The notes: generated from the sequence alone by a model not told the origin. A stretch of 64,000 nt of DNA from Betaproteobacteria bacterium Ga0077532 (GCA_001464895.1 LNEE01000040.1:37415-101414), one strand, 5' to 3'; shown: positions 17,708 through 27,915, counted from the first letter of the stretch. Translations and numbers: made by a program.

Positions 17708-19366
17708 TCAGGTACCCCATTCCTGCTCCTGCAGGGCCCGCCATTGCACTTTCCCAGTCCCCGACCGCGGCAGGGCTTCGATGAAGTGCACCGACCGGGG
17801 CACCTTGTAGGCGGCCATGTGTTCCCGGGACCACGCGATGATCTCCGCCGGGGTGACGCTCCCCACGTGGTCGTCGCGCAGGACGACGTACGCCTTCACC
17901 GTCTCGCCGCGACGCTCGTCCGGCGCCGCCACGATGCAGGCCTCCTTCACGGCCGGATGGCGGAAGAGGGTGGCCTCCACCTCCGCGGGCCAGACCTTGT
18001 AGCCCGAGGCGTTGATCATTCGCTTCAGGCGGTCGGCGATGTAGAAGAACCCTTCGTCGTCGCGTCTGCCGAGATCACCGGTGCGCAGGAACCGGCGACC
18101 GTCGATCTCGACGAAGACCTGTTGCGTTGCCTCGGGGTTGTTCCAGTAGCCCTGCATGAGCTGCGGCCCCGCGGAGACGATTTCACCTATTTCCCCTGCG
18201 CCCAGGATCGCGAGCGTGTCCGGGTCGATCACGTGCGACTCGGTGTCGAAGGTCGGGATGCCGAGGCACTGCTTGCGCAGCCGGTTCGGCGGGTTCATGT
18301 GGGTCTGCGAGATGGTTTCCGTCATCCCGTAGGCTTCCATGTACTCGATGCCGCAGCGTGCCTGAAGCTCTTTCGCGACGGCCTCGGGCATCGAGGCGCC
18401 GCCGCCGAAGATGTTGACGAGCGACGAGAGATCCCGTCCCGCCGTCGACGGATGCGCGAGCAGGTCGACGACCATCGTCGGCACGTTCGCCCAGTGGGTG
18501 CATCCGTAACGCTCGATGAGATCGCCGGCAGCGACCGGGTCCCATCGCGGAAGGAAAGCGATCGTGGCGCCGGTGTAGATCGCCGCGTTCATCGAGTGCT
18601 GCATGCCGGTCACGTGGAACATCGGGGCGGTCGAGAGCACGACCGAGTCGGCGAGGATGCCTTCCCAGAGGGCGCCGCCCACGGTGGTGGTCATCAGCGT
18701 GCGGTGGGTGTGCATGCAGCCCTTCGGCTTGCCGGTGGTGCCCGACGTGTAAAGGATCGCCGCGAGGTCGTCCGGCTCGGCGGCGTGGGCCCGCGGAATT
18801 GCGTTGCGCGCCATGGCGTCGGCCCAGGCCGTGACGCCGGGCAGGTCGATCGCGCGCCGCGGCGCCCGCACGGCATCCGGCACCGGCATGGCCGTCGGCG
18901 CTGTGAGGGCGTCGGAGTACGTGGCCACCACGACGTGGTCGACGCCACTGCCCAGCAGCGGTGTGATGCGGTCGAAGAGTTCCTGGCCGACGATGGCGAT
19001 GCGCGCCCCGCTGTCGGCGACGTTGTGCGCGAGTTCGTCCGTCACGTTCATCGGCGACACGGGCACGACGACGGCGTCGGCGCGGAGGATCGCGTAGTAC
19101 GCGGCCATGCTCTGCGGGCAGTTCTGCATCTGCAGGATCACGCGGTCGCCGCGGGCGAGGCCGCACGTCTGCTGGAGGAATCCGGCGAGCGCCTCGGTGG
19201 TACGCAGGAACTCCGCGAAGGTCTCGCGCGAGTCGTAGAAGATCGAAAGCGGTTTGGTCGGATAGCGCGCAGCGCTGATCGCCAGGTTGGTCCAGAGACT
19301 GGTCGCCGGGACGGTGAGGTGCCGGGGGAACTGCTTCGGCCAGAAGGGATAGTCTTGGGGCTTCAT
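17708..19366 (-). CDS. AMP-dependent acyl-CoA synthetase/ligase (long-chain-fatty-acid-CoA ligase-like)
   Basis: YTSGTTGKPKGCMHTH, GYGMTET-like AYGMTET, TGDLGRRDDEGFFYIADRLKRMI and a C-terminal SGTGKVQWR. Confidence 0.9.
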   Translation of the reverse strand: MKPQDYPFWPKQFPRHLTVPATSLWTNLAISAARYPTKPLSIFYDSRETFAEFLRTTEALAGFLQQTCGLARGDRVILQMQNCPQSMAAYYAILRADAVVVPVSPMNVTDELAHNVADSGARIAIVGQELFDRITPLLGSGVDHVVVATYSDALTAPTAMPVPDAVRAPRRAIDLPGVTAWADAMARNAIPRAHAAEPDDLAAILYTSGTTGKPKGCMHTHRTLMTTTVGGALWEGILADSVVLSTAPMFHVTGMQHSMNAAIYTGATIAFLPRWDPVAAGDLIERYGCTHWANVPTMVVDLLAHPSTAGRDLSSLVNIFGGGASMPEAVAKELQARCGIEYMEAYGMTETISQTHMNPPNRLRKQCLGIPTFDTESHVIDPDTLAILGAGEIGEIVSAGPQLMQGYWNNPEATQQVFVEIDGRRFLRTGDLGRRDDEGFFYIADRLKRMINASGYKVWPAEVEATLFRHPAVKEACIVAAPDERRGETVKAYVVLRDDHVGSVTPAEIIAWSREHMAAYKVPRSVHFIEALPRSGTGKVQWRALQEQEWGT

Positions 19367-19423
19367 CGGTTGGATCTTCTGGGGTGCTGCGGGTTGTTCG
19401 GCTGCATTGTCTTCAATCTCATC

Positions 19424-21085
19424 TCATCGATTCCATTCGCGGTCCTGCAGTTGGCGCCACTGCACCTTCCCGGAGGCGGACTTCGGCAGCGTGTCGGCGA
19501 ACTCCACGATGCGGGGGATCTTGTAGGCGGCCATGTGCTCCCGGGCCCAGGCGACGATGTCCTCGGGTGTCACCGCGCCGCGGCGGTCCGCACGCAGCAC
19601 CACCACCGCCTTCACGGTCTCGCCGCGGGCGCTGTCGGGCGTGGATACGATGCAGGCCTCCTGGATGTCGGGGTGGGCGTAGAGCATCGACTCGACCTCG
19701 GCGGGCCACACCTTGAACCCGGCAGCGTTGATCATGCGCTTCAGGCGGTCGACGATGAAGAAGTAGCCGTCCTCGTCACAGTAGCCCAGATCCCCCGTGC
19801 GGAAGAATCGGCGGCCTTCGATCTCGACGAATGCGGCCGCCGTCGCCTCGGGCGCCTTCCAGTAACCGCGGAACACCTGCGGACCGCACACGATGATCTC
19901 GCCCACTTCGCCGGCCGCGCGTTCGGCGAGCGAGTCGGGGTCCACCACGCGGGCCTCGGTGTCGAAGATCGGGATGCCGAGGCACTGGCGCTTCGGGCGG
20001 TTCCGCGGATTGATGTGCGTCGGCGAGATCGTCTCCGAGAGGCCGTAGCCCTCGATGTAGTCGAGCCCGGTGAGATCCTTCAGCTTCCCCGCGACAGCTT
20101 CCGGCATTGCCGCGCCGCCGCCGCCGATCGCGCGGAGACTCGACAGGTCGTGGTTGCCCACGTTCGGGTTCGCGAGGAAGTCGATCGCCATCGTCGAAAT
20201 GCACGTCCAGCTCTCGACCTGATAGCGCCCGATGAGGCGTGCCGCGGTCTCGCGATCCCATCGCTGCATGAGCACGATGGTGGCGCCCCAGAAGATCGGC
20301 GAGTTCATGCCGCCCTGCATGCCCGTCACGTGGAAACAGGGCAGGGTGGTGAGGATCACGCTCTGCGGTGAGTAGCCGAACCACACGCCGCTCGCCACGA
20401 GATTCATCATCACGGACGCGTGCGTGTGGACGCAGCCCTTCGGCAGCCCGGTCGTCCCGGAGGTGTACGGCATCACGCAGAGATCGTCCGGGCCTGCCTC
20501 GGACGCGCCGGGGCCGAGGTCGTCGGCGAGGACGTCCTTCCAGAGCGTCACGCCCGGTTCGTCGATGGCCTCGCGCGGCGCGGCCACGGCGGGCGGCAGG
20601 GGAAGGTCCGTGGGCACCTCGATGTAGTCGGAGTACGCGGCGACGACGGCGTGTTCGAGGCTGCCGTCGGCGAGCAGCGGCCGCACGTGGGCGTAGAGTT
20701 CCTGGCCGCACAGGATCGTCGTCGCATCGGCGTTTCGGGCGTAGTGGCGCAGCTCGTCGGCGAGGTTCATCGGGTTCACCGGCACCACCATGGCATCGGC
20801 GGCCAGGATGCCGTAGAAGCCGACGATGAACTGCGGGCTGTTCTGCATGAAGAGCAGCACGCGGTCGCCGCGCTTCACGCCGCACCGGTGGCGCAGGAAG
20901 CCGGCCACGGCGCGCGCCTGTCGCCAGGCCGCGGCGTATCCGAGCGGCGAGTCGTAGAAGATCGCCATCGCCTTCTCCGGATAGCGGTGCGCCGACACCT
21001 CGAGGTCGTAGTGCACGGTCGTGCACGGCACATCGAGCTGCCGGGGGACGCCCGCTGGCCAGAACGGCAGGTGGCGCTGCGACAT
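19424..21085 (-). CDS. AMP-dependent acyl-CoA synthetase/ligase, paralogue of the downstream gene
   Basis: ATG at 21085 follows GGGAGGA. Motifs: YTSGTTGLPKGCVHTH, GYGLSET, TGDLGYCDEDGYFFIVDRLKRMI. Confidence 0.9.
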   Translation of the reverse strand: MSQRHLPFWPAGVPRQLDVPCTTVHYDLEVSAHRYPEKAMAIFYDSPLGYAAAWRQARAVAGFLRHRCGVKRGDRVLLFMQNSPQFIVGFYGILAADAMVVPVNPMNLADELRHYARNADATTILCGQELYAHVRPLLADGSLEHAVVAAYSDYIEVPTDLPLPPAVAAPREAIDEPGVTLWKDVLADDLGPGASEAGPDDLCVMPYTSGTTGLPKGCVHTHASVMMNLVASGVWFGYSPQSVILTTLPCFHVTGMQGGMNSPIFWGATIVLMQRWDRETAARLIGRYQVESWTCISTMAIDFLANPNVGNHDLSSLRAIGGGGAAMPEAVAGKLKDLTGLDYIEGYGLSETISPTHINPRNRPKRQCLGIPIFDTEARVVDPDSLAERAAGEVGEIIVCGPQVFRGYWKAPEATAAAFVEIEGRRFFRTGDLGYCDEDGYFFIVDRLKRMINAAGFKVWPAEVESMLYAHPDIQEACIVSTPDSARGETVKAVVVLRADRRGAVTPEDIVAWAREHMAAYKIPRIVEFADTLPKSASGKVQWRQLQDREWNR

Positions 21086-21241
21086 GGATTCCTCCCTCGT
21101 GTTTCTTGTCATGATGATCCCCCGATTATTCGAGAAGGACCGCCCCAGCACAATGCGCGCATTCGGTCCGGATGACGGCGTGCTCCGCTGCACTGCACCT
21201 TCGCCGGAGGCCCGCCGCGCGTTGCGCCGCGCGCTTGCGTT

Positions 21242-22171
21242 GTGTCAGACTCGATTCACCAGACGGCGCCCGTGGGGCGTCATTCCGACGCAACCACGAA
21301 GCAACCATCGAGGCGGCCCAGATTGCCCAGCGTGACCAGCGAGCCCGGAGATGACAGCGCCACCGGAACCGCGGACGGGCTGCAGGCGGAGAGGCCGTCG
21401 GCCGGGGCGCCGGTCCTCAGCGTGCGCGGTGTGACGGTCCGATTCGGCGGCATCGTTGCGCTGGACGGGGTCGCGTTCGACATTCATCGGGGCCACATCT
21501 GCGGGCTCATCGGTCCGAACGGCGCCGGCAAGACCACGCTCTTCAACTGCCTCTCGCGGCTCTATCGTTTCGAGCAGGGCACGATCACGTTCGAAGGCCG
21601 GTCCATCGCCGACATCCCCAGGCACGGTATCGCGCACGCAGGCATCGGCCGTACCTTCCAGAATCTCGCGCTCTTCCGCACGCTGACCGTCCTGGAGAAC
21701 ATCATGCTTGGCGCCCACGCGGTGAGTCGCGGTGGCTTCGTCGCCGGGATGCTTCGCCTGCCGGGCGTCGCGCGCGAGGAGGCCCGCATCGCGGCGCGCG
21801 CCCGCGAACTCGCAGCTCTCGTCGAACTCTCGTCCGTGGCGGACACCCGTGTCGCGGATCTCCCGTTCGGCACCCAGAAGCGCGTGGAACTCGCGCGGGC
21901 GCTGGCCGCCGATCCGAAGCTGCTGCTGCTCGACGAGCCCGCCGCCGGGTTGAACCACGAGGAGGTCGAGGCGCTCATGGCGCTCATCCTCAAGCTGCGC
22001 GGCGACCTCGATCTCACGGTGCTGCTCGTGGAGCACCACATGAACCTCGTGATGCGCGTGTCCGACCGCGTGGTCGCGCTCGACTTCGGCCGCAAGATCG
22101 CCGACGGCACGCCCGCCGAGGTTCGGGCGGATCCCGAGGTGATTCGCGCGTACCTGGGCGAGGCCGCGTGA
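21242..22171 (+). CDS. ABC transporter ATP-binding protein (LivG-type); start uncertain
   Basis: Walker A GPNGAGKTT, LLLLDEPAAGL, and the LivG-type C-terminus ADPEVIRAYLG. The first ~55 aa from the GTG at 21242 are low complexity, so the true start may be further downstream. Confidence 0.85.
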   Translation: MSDSIHQTAPVGRHSDATTKQPSRRPRLPSVTSEPGDDSATGTADGLQAERPSAGAPVLSVRGVTVRFGGIVALDGVAFDIHRGHICGLIGPNGAGKTTLFNCLSRLYRFEQGTITFEGRSIADIPRHGIAHAGIGRTFQNLALFRTLTVLENIMLGAHAVSRGGFVAGMLRLPGVAREEARIAARARELAALVELSSVADTRVADLPFGTQKRVELARALAADPKLLLLDEPAAGLNHEEVEALMALILKLRGDLDLTVLLVEHHMNLVMRVSDRVVALDFGRKIADGTPAEVRADPEVIRAYLGEAA

Positions 22172-22884
22172 CGGCGCCGCTCCTCGAAGTCGAATCGCTC
22201 GACGCCGGCTACGGGCCGACGGACGTGCTCCACGGCGTGAGCTTCACCGTGGGCGAGGGCGGCATCACCACCGTGCTCGGTGCCAACGGCGCCGGCAAGA
22301 CGACCCTGCTCCGCGCGGTCTGCGGCCTGATCCGCCGGCGCGGCCGCGTGCGCTTCGGCGGTGCGGCGATCGAGTCGAAGGCCACCGAGGACATCGTGCG
22401 TCTCGGCCTCGCTCACGTCCCCGACGGGCGTGGGACCTTCGTGCAGCTCTCGGCAGAGGAGAACCTCCGCGTGGGGGCGATCACCCGCCGGGATCGCAAG
22501 GGCGTCGCGGCAGACATGGAACGCATGTACGGCTACTTTCCGCGGCTTCGCGAACGACGGCATCAGCAGGCCGGAACGCTGTCGGGCGGTGAGCAGCAGA
22601 TGCTCGCGATCGCGCGGGCGCTGATGCTGCGGCCACGGCTGCTCGTGCTGGACGAGCCGTCGTTCGGACTCGCGCCGCTCATCGTCCGCGACATCTTCGC
22701 GATCATGCGGACGGTGAACCGGGAGGAGCGCGTCGGCATCCTTCTCGTCGAGCAGAACGCCAAGCTCGCGCTCGAACTGGCCGACACCGCTTACCTTCTC
22801 GAGACGGGCCGCGTCGTCACCGGCGGACCTGCCGCACAACTCCGCGACGACGAGACGATCCGTCGCGCCTACCTCGGTTACTGA
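22168..22884 (+). CDS. ABC transporter ATP-binding protein (LivF-type)
   Basis: GTGA overlap with the upstream gene. GANGAGKTT, LSGGEQQMLAIARAL, LLVLDEPS. Confidence 0.9.
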   Translation: MTAPLLEVESLDAGYGPTDVLHGVSFTVGEGGITTVLGANGAGKTTLLRAVCGLIRRRGRVRFGGAAIESKATEDIVRLGLAHVPDGRGTFVQLSAEENLRVGAITRRDRKGVAADMERMYGYFPRLRERRHQQAGTLSGGEQQMLAIARALMLRPRLLVLDEPSFGLAPLIVRDIFAIMRTVNREERVGILLVEQNAKLALELADTAYLLETGRVVTGGPAAQLRDDETIRRAYLGY

Positions 22885-22897
22885 AGGCGTCGCGACC

Positions 22898-23767
22898 ATG
22901 GAAGCCTTCCTCCATCAGATCCTCTCCGGCCTCGCCACGGGCGGCATCTACGCAGCCATCGCGCTGTCGCTGGTGATGATCTACCAGGCCACCCACCACA
23001 TCAATTTCGCGCAGGGCGAGATGGCGATGTTCTCGACGTACCTCGCGTGGATGATGATCGACGCGGGCCTGCCGTACTGGGTCGCCTTCGCGGGGACGGT
23101 CGCGCTGTCGTTCGTGCTGGGTGTGCTGATCGAGCGCATCGTGATCCGACCGGTGGAGCACGCGCCGGTGCTGTCGGTGGTGATCGTCTTCATCGCGCTG
23201 CTCGTCATCCTGAACAGCCTCGCCGGCTGGATCTTCTCGTACACCATCAAGACGTTCCCGAGCCCGTTCACGTGGGAGGGCTCGCAGAACGGCTACCTGT
23301 CGCCGCACGAGCTGGGCACCATCGGGGTGACGCTCCTCGTGCTCGCTGCGCTGTTCCTCTTCTTCCGCTTCACTTCGCTCGGACTCGCCATGCGCGCCGC
23401 TGCGCAGAACCCCGTGTCGAGCCGCCTCGCCGGCATCCGCGTCGGCTGGATGCTGGCCCTGGGCTGGGGTCTCGCCGCCGCGATCGGTGCCATCGCCGGG
23501 ATGATGATCGCGCCCGTCGTGTATCTCGACCCGAACATGATGGCCGGGGTGATGCTCTACGCCTTCGCCGCGGCGCTGCTGGGCGGCATCGACAACCCGC
23601 TCGGCGCGGTCGTCGGCGGATTCGTGGTGGGCGTGGTGGAGAACCTCGCGGGGGCCTATGTCGTCGGCACCGAACTGAAGCTGACGGTGGCGCTCGCACT
23701 CATCATCGGCGTGTTGGTGTTCCGCCCCACCGGCCTGTTCGGCCGGCGCTACGTGACCCGAGTCTAG
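22898..23767 (+). CDS. branched-chain-amino-acid-type ABC permease (LivH-type)
   Basis: 289-aa polytopic protein. MEAFLHQILSGLATGGIYAAIALSLVMIY is typical of LivH. Confidence 0.9.
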   Translation: MEAFLHQILSGLATGGIYAAIALSLVMIYQATHHINFAQGEMAMFSTYLAWMMIDAGLPYWVAFAGTVALSFVLGVLIERIVIRPVEHAPVLSVVIVFIALLVILNSLAGWIFSYTIKTFPSPFTWEGSQNGYLSPHELGTIGVTLLVLAALFLFFRFTSLGLAMRAAAQNPVSSRLAGIRVGWMLALGWGLAAAIGAIAGMMIAPVVYLDPNMMAGVMLYAFAAALLGGIDNPLGAVVGGFVVGVVENLAGAYVVGTELKLTVALALIIGVLVFRPTGLFGRRYVTRV

Positions 23768-23771
23768 GCGC

Positions 23772-24740
23772 ATGGATCAGCGCGCGACGACGGGCGGAGG
23801 TGGCATGCGCATGGCGGGCGTGATCGTCACGATCGCGGTCCTCGTCGCGCTGCCGTTCTTCATCTCCGACTACCGCACCTTCCAGTTCACGCAGGCCATC
23901 GTGTACGCGATCGTCCTGCTCGGCCTCAATCTGCTCACGGGCTACAACGGCCAGATCTCGCTGGGCCACGGGGCCTTCTATGCCGTCGGTGCGTACACCG
24001 CTGCGATCCTGATGGAGCACTTCGGTGTGCCCTACTGGGCCACCGTGCCGGCTGCGGGCCTCGTGTGTTTCGGATTCGGATTCCTGTTCGGGCTGCCCGC
24101 CCTGCGGCTGCACGGTCACTATCTCGCGCTCGCGACCTTCGCCCTCGCGGTGGCGACGCCGCAAGTGCTCAAGGTGAAACATCTCGAGGCCTGGACGGGC
24201 GGGGTGCAGGGCATCGTGATCATCAAGCCCGATCCCCCGTTCGGATTGCCGCTCTCTCAGGATCGCTGGCTGTACTTCTTCACCCTGGCGGTGGCGATGC
24301 TGCTGTTCCTCGCCGCGTGGAATCTCGTCCGCGGGCGGGCCGGTCGCGCCATGGTGGCGTTGCGCGACCACCCGATCGCCGCGGAGGCCATGGGCGTGAA
24401 TGGCGCGATGGTGAAGAGCACGGTCTTCGGCATTTCGGCGCTCTACACCGGGATCGGTGGTGCGCTGGGGGCGATCGCCGTGCAGTTCGTCGCGCCGGAC
24501 AGCTTCGGGACTTTCCTCTCGATCAGTTTCGTCGTGGGCATCGTGGTGGGCGGGCTCGCCACGCTGTCGGGTGCGATCTGGGGGGCGCTCTTCATCCAGT
24601 TCGTGCCGAACGTGGCCGACCAGATCTCCAAGGCGGCGCCGTGGGCCATCTACGGCGCGGTGTTGCTGGTGTTCATCTACGTCGCGCCGGGCGGTGTGGC
24701 ATACCTGCTCAGCAGGGTGTGGGGAAAGCTGAGAGGGTGA
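23772..24740 (+). CDS. branched-chain-amino-acid-type ABC permease (LivM-type)
   Basis: Polytopic protein. GYNGQISLGHGAFYAVGAY is the LivM hallmark. The start could instead be one of the internal ATGs at codons 12/14. Confidence 0.85.
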   Translation: MDQRATTGGGGMRMAGVIVTIAVLVALPFFISDYRTFQFTQAIVYAIVLLGLNLLTGYNGQISLGHGAFYAVGAYTAAILMEHFGVPYWATVPAAGLVCFGFGFLFGLPALRLHGHYLALATFALAVATPQVLKVKHLEAWTGGVQGIVIIKPDPPFGLPLSQDRWLYFFTLAVAMLLFLAAWNLVRGRAGRAMVALRDHPIAAEAMGVNGAMVKSTVFGISALYTGIGGALGAIAVQFVAPDSFGTFLSISFVVGIVVGGLATLSGAIWGALFIQFVPNVADQISKAAPWAIYGAVLLVFIYVAPGGVAYLLSRVWGKLRG

Positions 24741-24754
24741 GTCGAGGGCCAAAG

Positions 24755-25106
24755 GGTGTCGTGGGTCGAGCTACGGCTCGACGCGGCGCTGGCTTGGGTG
24801 CAGCGATGAATCCTGGAACGCAGGCGTCGGGCCGAGCCCGACCCACGGGGGTGTCGATTGGGCTTCCGCGTGGCGAGGGCGAAAGGGTTTCGTGGGTCGA
24901 GCGACCGCTCGACGCGGCGATGGCGAGGGTGCAGAGGTGGATCCTGGAACGCAGGCGTCGGGCGGAGCCCGACCCACGGGGGTGGTATCCAGCACTGCGG
25001 GCGTCAATGGACAGGGTGTTTCGTGGGTCGAGCTACCGCTCGACGCGGCAATGGCGTGGGTGCAGAGGTGGATCCTGAAACGCGGGCGTCGGGCGGAGCC
25101 CGACGT
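24755..25106. repeat. family-2 REP/BIME array, 3 units, about 131-bp period
   Basis: CGTGGGTCGAG starts at 24760, 24891 and 25022. Each unit has the GTCGAGC..GCTCGAC and GTCGGGC..GCCCGAC hairpins. The array fills the gap between the permease stop and the DUF4124 gene. Confidence 0.9.
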
Positions 25107-25127
25107 GAGGAGATGGCGTCGCGCGCG

Positions 25128-25574
25128 CTAAAGGCACATCTGCGCGATGCGGTCGCGCAGGTTCGTAGTCTCGCGGCCAACGTCCGCTTCGTCCAGGAAG
25201 CTGCGCTCGCCCGACGCGTCGATTCGCGCCACGCGTCCGCCCGATTGCAGCCAGGCAAGTCGGCCGCGCGCTTCGCGGCAAGCGTCGTTCAGGCGGTCGC
25301 GCTCGCGTTTCTCGTGCGCCGCGCGCTCCTCGGCGTCGATGCGGGCGATGCGGCGTTGGCGGAATTCCATCTCCTGGCTGCGATAGTCCTGCATCGTCGC
25401 CGAGCTGGCGCCCGCCGTCTGCAGAGGTGCACGCATGGTCCTTTCGCATTCCATCCCTTCGGGCGCGAATGCGGAGTAGTGCACGCGCCCCTCCGGGTCG
25501 CGCCAACGGCAGATGTCGGCCCGGGACGCCGTGACGACGGTCACGAGCGTGACGACAAGAAGAATCCGGACCAT
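25128..25574 (-). CDS. DUF4124-domain secreted protein
   Basis: A signal-like MVRILLVVTLVTVVTASRA is followed by DICRWRDPEGRVHYS (DUF4124-type) and then a charged helical region. ATG at 25574 lies 8 nt after AGGAAG. Confidence 0.7.
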   Translation of the reverse strand: MVRILLVVTLVTVVTASRADICRWRDPEGRVHYSAFAPEGMECERTMRAPLQTAGASSATMQDYRSQEMEFRQRRIARIDAEERAAHEKRERDRLNDACREARGRLAWLQSGGRVARIDASGERSFLDEADVGRETTNLRDRIAQMCL

Positions 25575-25717
25575 GAAGCGCACTTCCTGAGCAAGCCTGA
25601 CCTACGCTCCATCGGCACTGGGCGGCCACACCTGAGGGCTGCGAGACAGCGGCGAGGTTGGCGGGGGTGCTCGGGCATAATCGGGCAAAAGTCCGGAACA
25701 CCACAAAGGGAGGAGTC

Positions 25718-26926
25718 ATGAAGCGCTTCGCGTCGTGCATTGCGGCCATCGCCGCGGCAGTCCTCGCGGTTTCTCCGGCCCTGGCCCAGAAGAAGTACGG
25801 GCCCGGGGTCACGGATACCGAGATCAAGATCGGTCAGACCATGCCCTACAGCGGACCTGCTTCCGCCTACGGCGTGATCGGCAAGGCCGAGGCCGCGTAC
25901 TTTGCGATGATCAACGATCAGGGCGGCGTGAACGGCCGCAGGATCAATCTCATCTCCCTCGACGACGGCTACAGCCCGCCTCGCACGGTCGAGCAGACGC
26001 GCAAGCTGGTCGAGCAGGAGGAAGTCCTGCTGATCTTCCAGTCGCTGGGCACGCCCACCAACACGGCCACGCAGAAGTACCTCAACGCGAAGAAGGTGCC
26101 GCAGCTGTTCCTCGCGTCCGGTGCCTCGAAGTGGAGCGACCCGAAGAACTTCCCCTGGACCATGGGCTGGAATCCCAGCTACCAGGCGGAAGGCCGTATC
26201 TACGCGCAGCACATCCTCGAGACGAAGCCGGACGCGAAGATCGCCGTTCTCTACCAGAACGACGACTTCGGGAAGGACTACGTGGTCGGCTTCAAGGGCA
26301 TGCTGGGCGAGAAGGGCGCAAAGCTCATCGTGGCCGAGCAGACCTACGAGGTGACGGACCCGACGGTGGATTCCCAGGTCGTCAGTCTGAAGTCGAGCGG
26401 TGCAGACGTCCTGGTGACCTTCGCGACGCCGAAGTTCGCTGCGCAGGTGATCCGCAAGGTCCACGACATCGGCTGGCGCCCGGTGCACTACCTGACGAAC
26501 GTTTCCATCTCGGTCGCGGCAGTGCTCGTACCCGCGGGGCTGGAGAAGGCGACAGGCATCCTGAGCGCCCACTACATCAAGGACGCCACCGACCCGCAGT
26601 GGAAGAACGATCCGGCGTTCAAGGTCTGGGACGAGTGGATGAAGAAGTACCACAAGGGCGCCGACCCGCTGGATGGCTTCAACACCTACGGCTACAGCAC
26701 GGCGCAGACGCTCGTGCACGTGCTGAAGGCCTGCGGGGATGACCTGACCCGCGAGAACGTCATGCGCCAAGCAGCGAACCTGAAGGAGCTCGAACTCCCG
26801 ATGCTCCTGCCAGGCATCAAGCTGAACACCAGCCCCACCGACTTCAACCCGATCGGCGAGATGGTGCTGACCCGGTTCGACGGCAAGCGCTGGGTCGTCA
26901 CCGGCAAGCTGCTGAGCGGCCGCTGA
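25718..26926 (+). CDS. ABC transporter periplasmic substrate-binding protein (LivK / type I PBP family)
   Basis: ATG follows AAGGGAGGA. Signal peptide ...AVSPALAQ. GVTDTEIKIGQTMPYSGPASAYG is typical of the family. Confidence 0.9.
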   Translation: MKRFASCIAAIAAAVLAVSPALAQKKYGPGVTDTEIKIGQTMPYSGPASAYGVIGKAEAAYFAMINDQGGVNGRRINLISLDDGYSPPRTVEQTRKLVEQEEVLLIFQSLGTPTNTATQKYLNAKKVPQLFLASGASKWSDPKNFPWTMGWNPSYQAEGRIYAQHILETKPDAKIAVLYQNDDFGKDYVVGFKGMLGEKGAKLIVAEQTYEVTDPTVDSQVVSLKSSGADVLVTFATPKFAAQVIRKVHDIGWRPVHYLTNVSISVAAVLVPAGLEKATGILSAHYIKDATDPQWKNDPAFKVWDEWMKKYHKGADPLDGFNTYGYSTAQTLVHVLKACGDDLTRENVMRQAANLKELELPMLLPGIKLNTSPTDFNPIGEMVLTRFDGKRWVVTGKLLSGR

Positions 26927-26956
26927 TCGCAGTGCTCGTGTCGGCGGGGGCGCGTT

Positions 26957-27031
26957 GCCCCTGTAGGAGCGGGCCGCGCCCTTGTAGGAGCGGGCCATGC
27001 CCTTGTAGGAGCGGGCCATGCCCGCGAAAGC
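26957..27031. repeat. family-1 REP: three tandem 21-bp half-arms (CCCTTGTAGGAGCGGGCCATG) ending in GCCCGCGAAAGCG
   Basis: Read directly from the sequence. The half-arm starts are about 21 bp apart. No opposing arm is present. Confidence 0.85.
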
Positions 27032-27123
27032 GGTGGATGCACTGACCTGTACCCACAGAGCAAGACCATCCACCGCCCCCATTCCCCCGATCCCAATCCC
27101 CCTGCAACAACAAGGAACCCCCC

Positions 27124-27882
27124 ATGAACGGACGATTTCTCGAAGGCCGCGTCGCGGTCGTGACCGGCGGCAACCGCGGCATCGGCCGCGCCACCGCACT
27201 GGCGCTGGCGGGCGCCGGTGCGAAGGTGGCCATCACGGGCCGAAATCAGGAAAAGATCGCCGAGACGCTCGCGCTGCTGAAGGCCGCTGGTGCCGACGCT
27301 GCCGCGTTCACGTGCGACATGCGCGACGAGGCGCAGGTGAAGAAGCTCGCCGAGGATGTCGTCGCGCGTTTCGGTGCCGTGCACATCCTCGTCAACAATG
27401 CCGGCACCGCGATCCGCAAGAACATCATCGACTTCACGATGGAAGAATGGCGCGCGCTGACCGACACGAACATCACCGGCGTGTGGCTCGCGTGCAAGTA
27501 CTTCGTGCCGCACATGAAGGGCCGCGGCTACGGCCGGATCATCAACCTCACGTCGATCATGGCGCACGTTTCGAGCACCGGTCGCGGCGTGTACTCCGCG
27601 ACGAAGCACGCGGTGGCTGGTCTCACGAAGGCACTCGCGCTGGAACTCGTCGACGACAAGATCACGTGCGTCGCGATCAGCCCAGGGTTCATCGCCACCG
27701 ACCTCACGGCGCCGCTCCGCGCGGACCCCGCCAAGAATCAGGCGCTGATGGAGCAGACGCCGATGAAGCGTTGGGGCGAGGCCGGCGAGATCGCGTCGCT
27801 CGCGCTGTACATCTGCTCTGATCAGGCGGCATTCATGACCGGCAACGACGTCCTGATGGACGGCGGCTTCTGCGCGCAGTGA
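27124..27882 (+). CDS. short-chain dehydrogenase/reductase (SDR)
   Basis: VTGGNRGIGRA, NNAG and the YSATKHA catalytic triad region. Confidence 0.9.
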   Translation: MNGRFLEGRVAVVTGGNRGIGRATALALAGAGAKVAITGRNQEKIAETLALLKAAGADAAAFTCDMRDEAQVKKLAEDVVARFGAVHILVNNAGTAIRKNIIDFTMEEWRALTDTNITGVWLACKYFVPHMKGRGYGRIINLTSIMAHVSSTGRGVYSATKHAVAGLTKALALELVDDKITCVAISPGFIATDLTAPLRADPAKNQALMEQTPMKRWGEAGEIASLALYICSDQAAFMTGNDVLMDGGFCAQ

Positions 27883-27889
27883 CGGTCCG

Positions 27890-27915
27890 GGGAGACCTCG
27901 TCTGCGAGGTCTCCC
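27890..27915. terminator. hairpin between convergent SDR and CZB genes
   Basis: GGGAGACCTCG-TCTG-CGAGGTCTCCC, a perfect 11-bp stem, lies 8 nt after the SDR stop and 10 nt before the CZB stop. Confidence 0.6.

Noticed and set aside
16346-20371. The longest ORF in the window (1341 aa, + strand).
   Set aside because: It runs antisense across three well-supported minus-strand genes (the OmpA-family gene and two acyl-CoA ligases). Its translation is Arg/Gly/His/Asp-rich low complexity with no motifs. This is a typical shadow ORF of GC-rich DNA.
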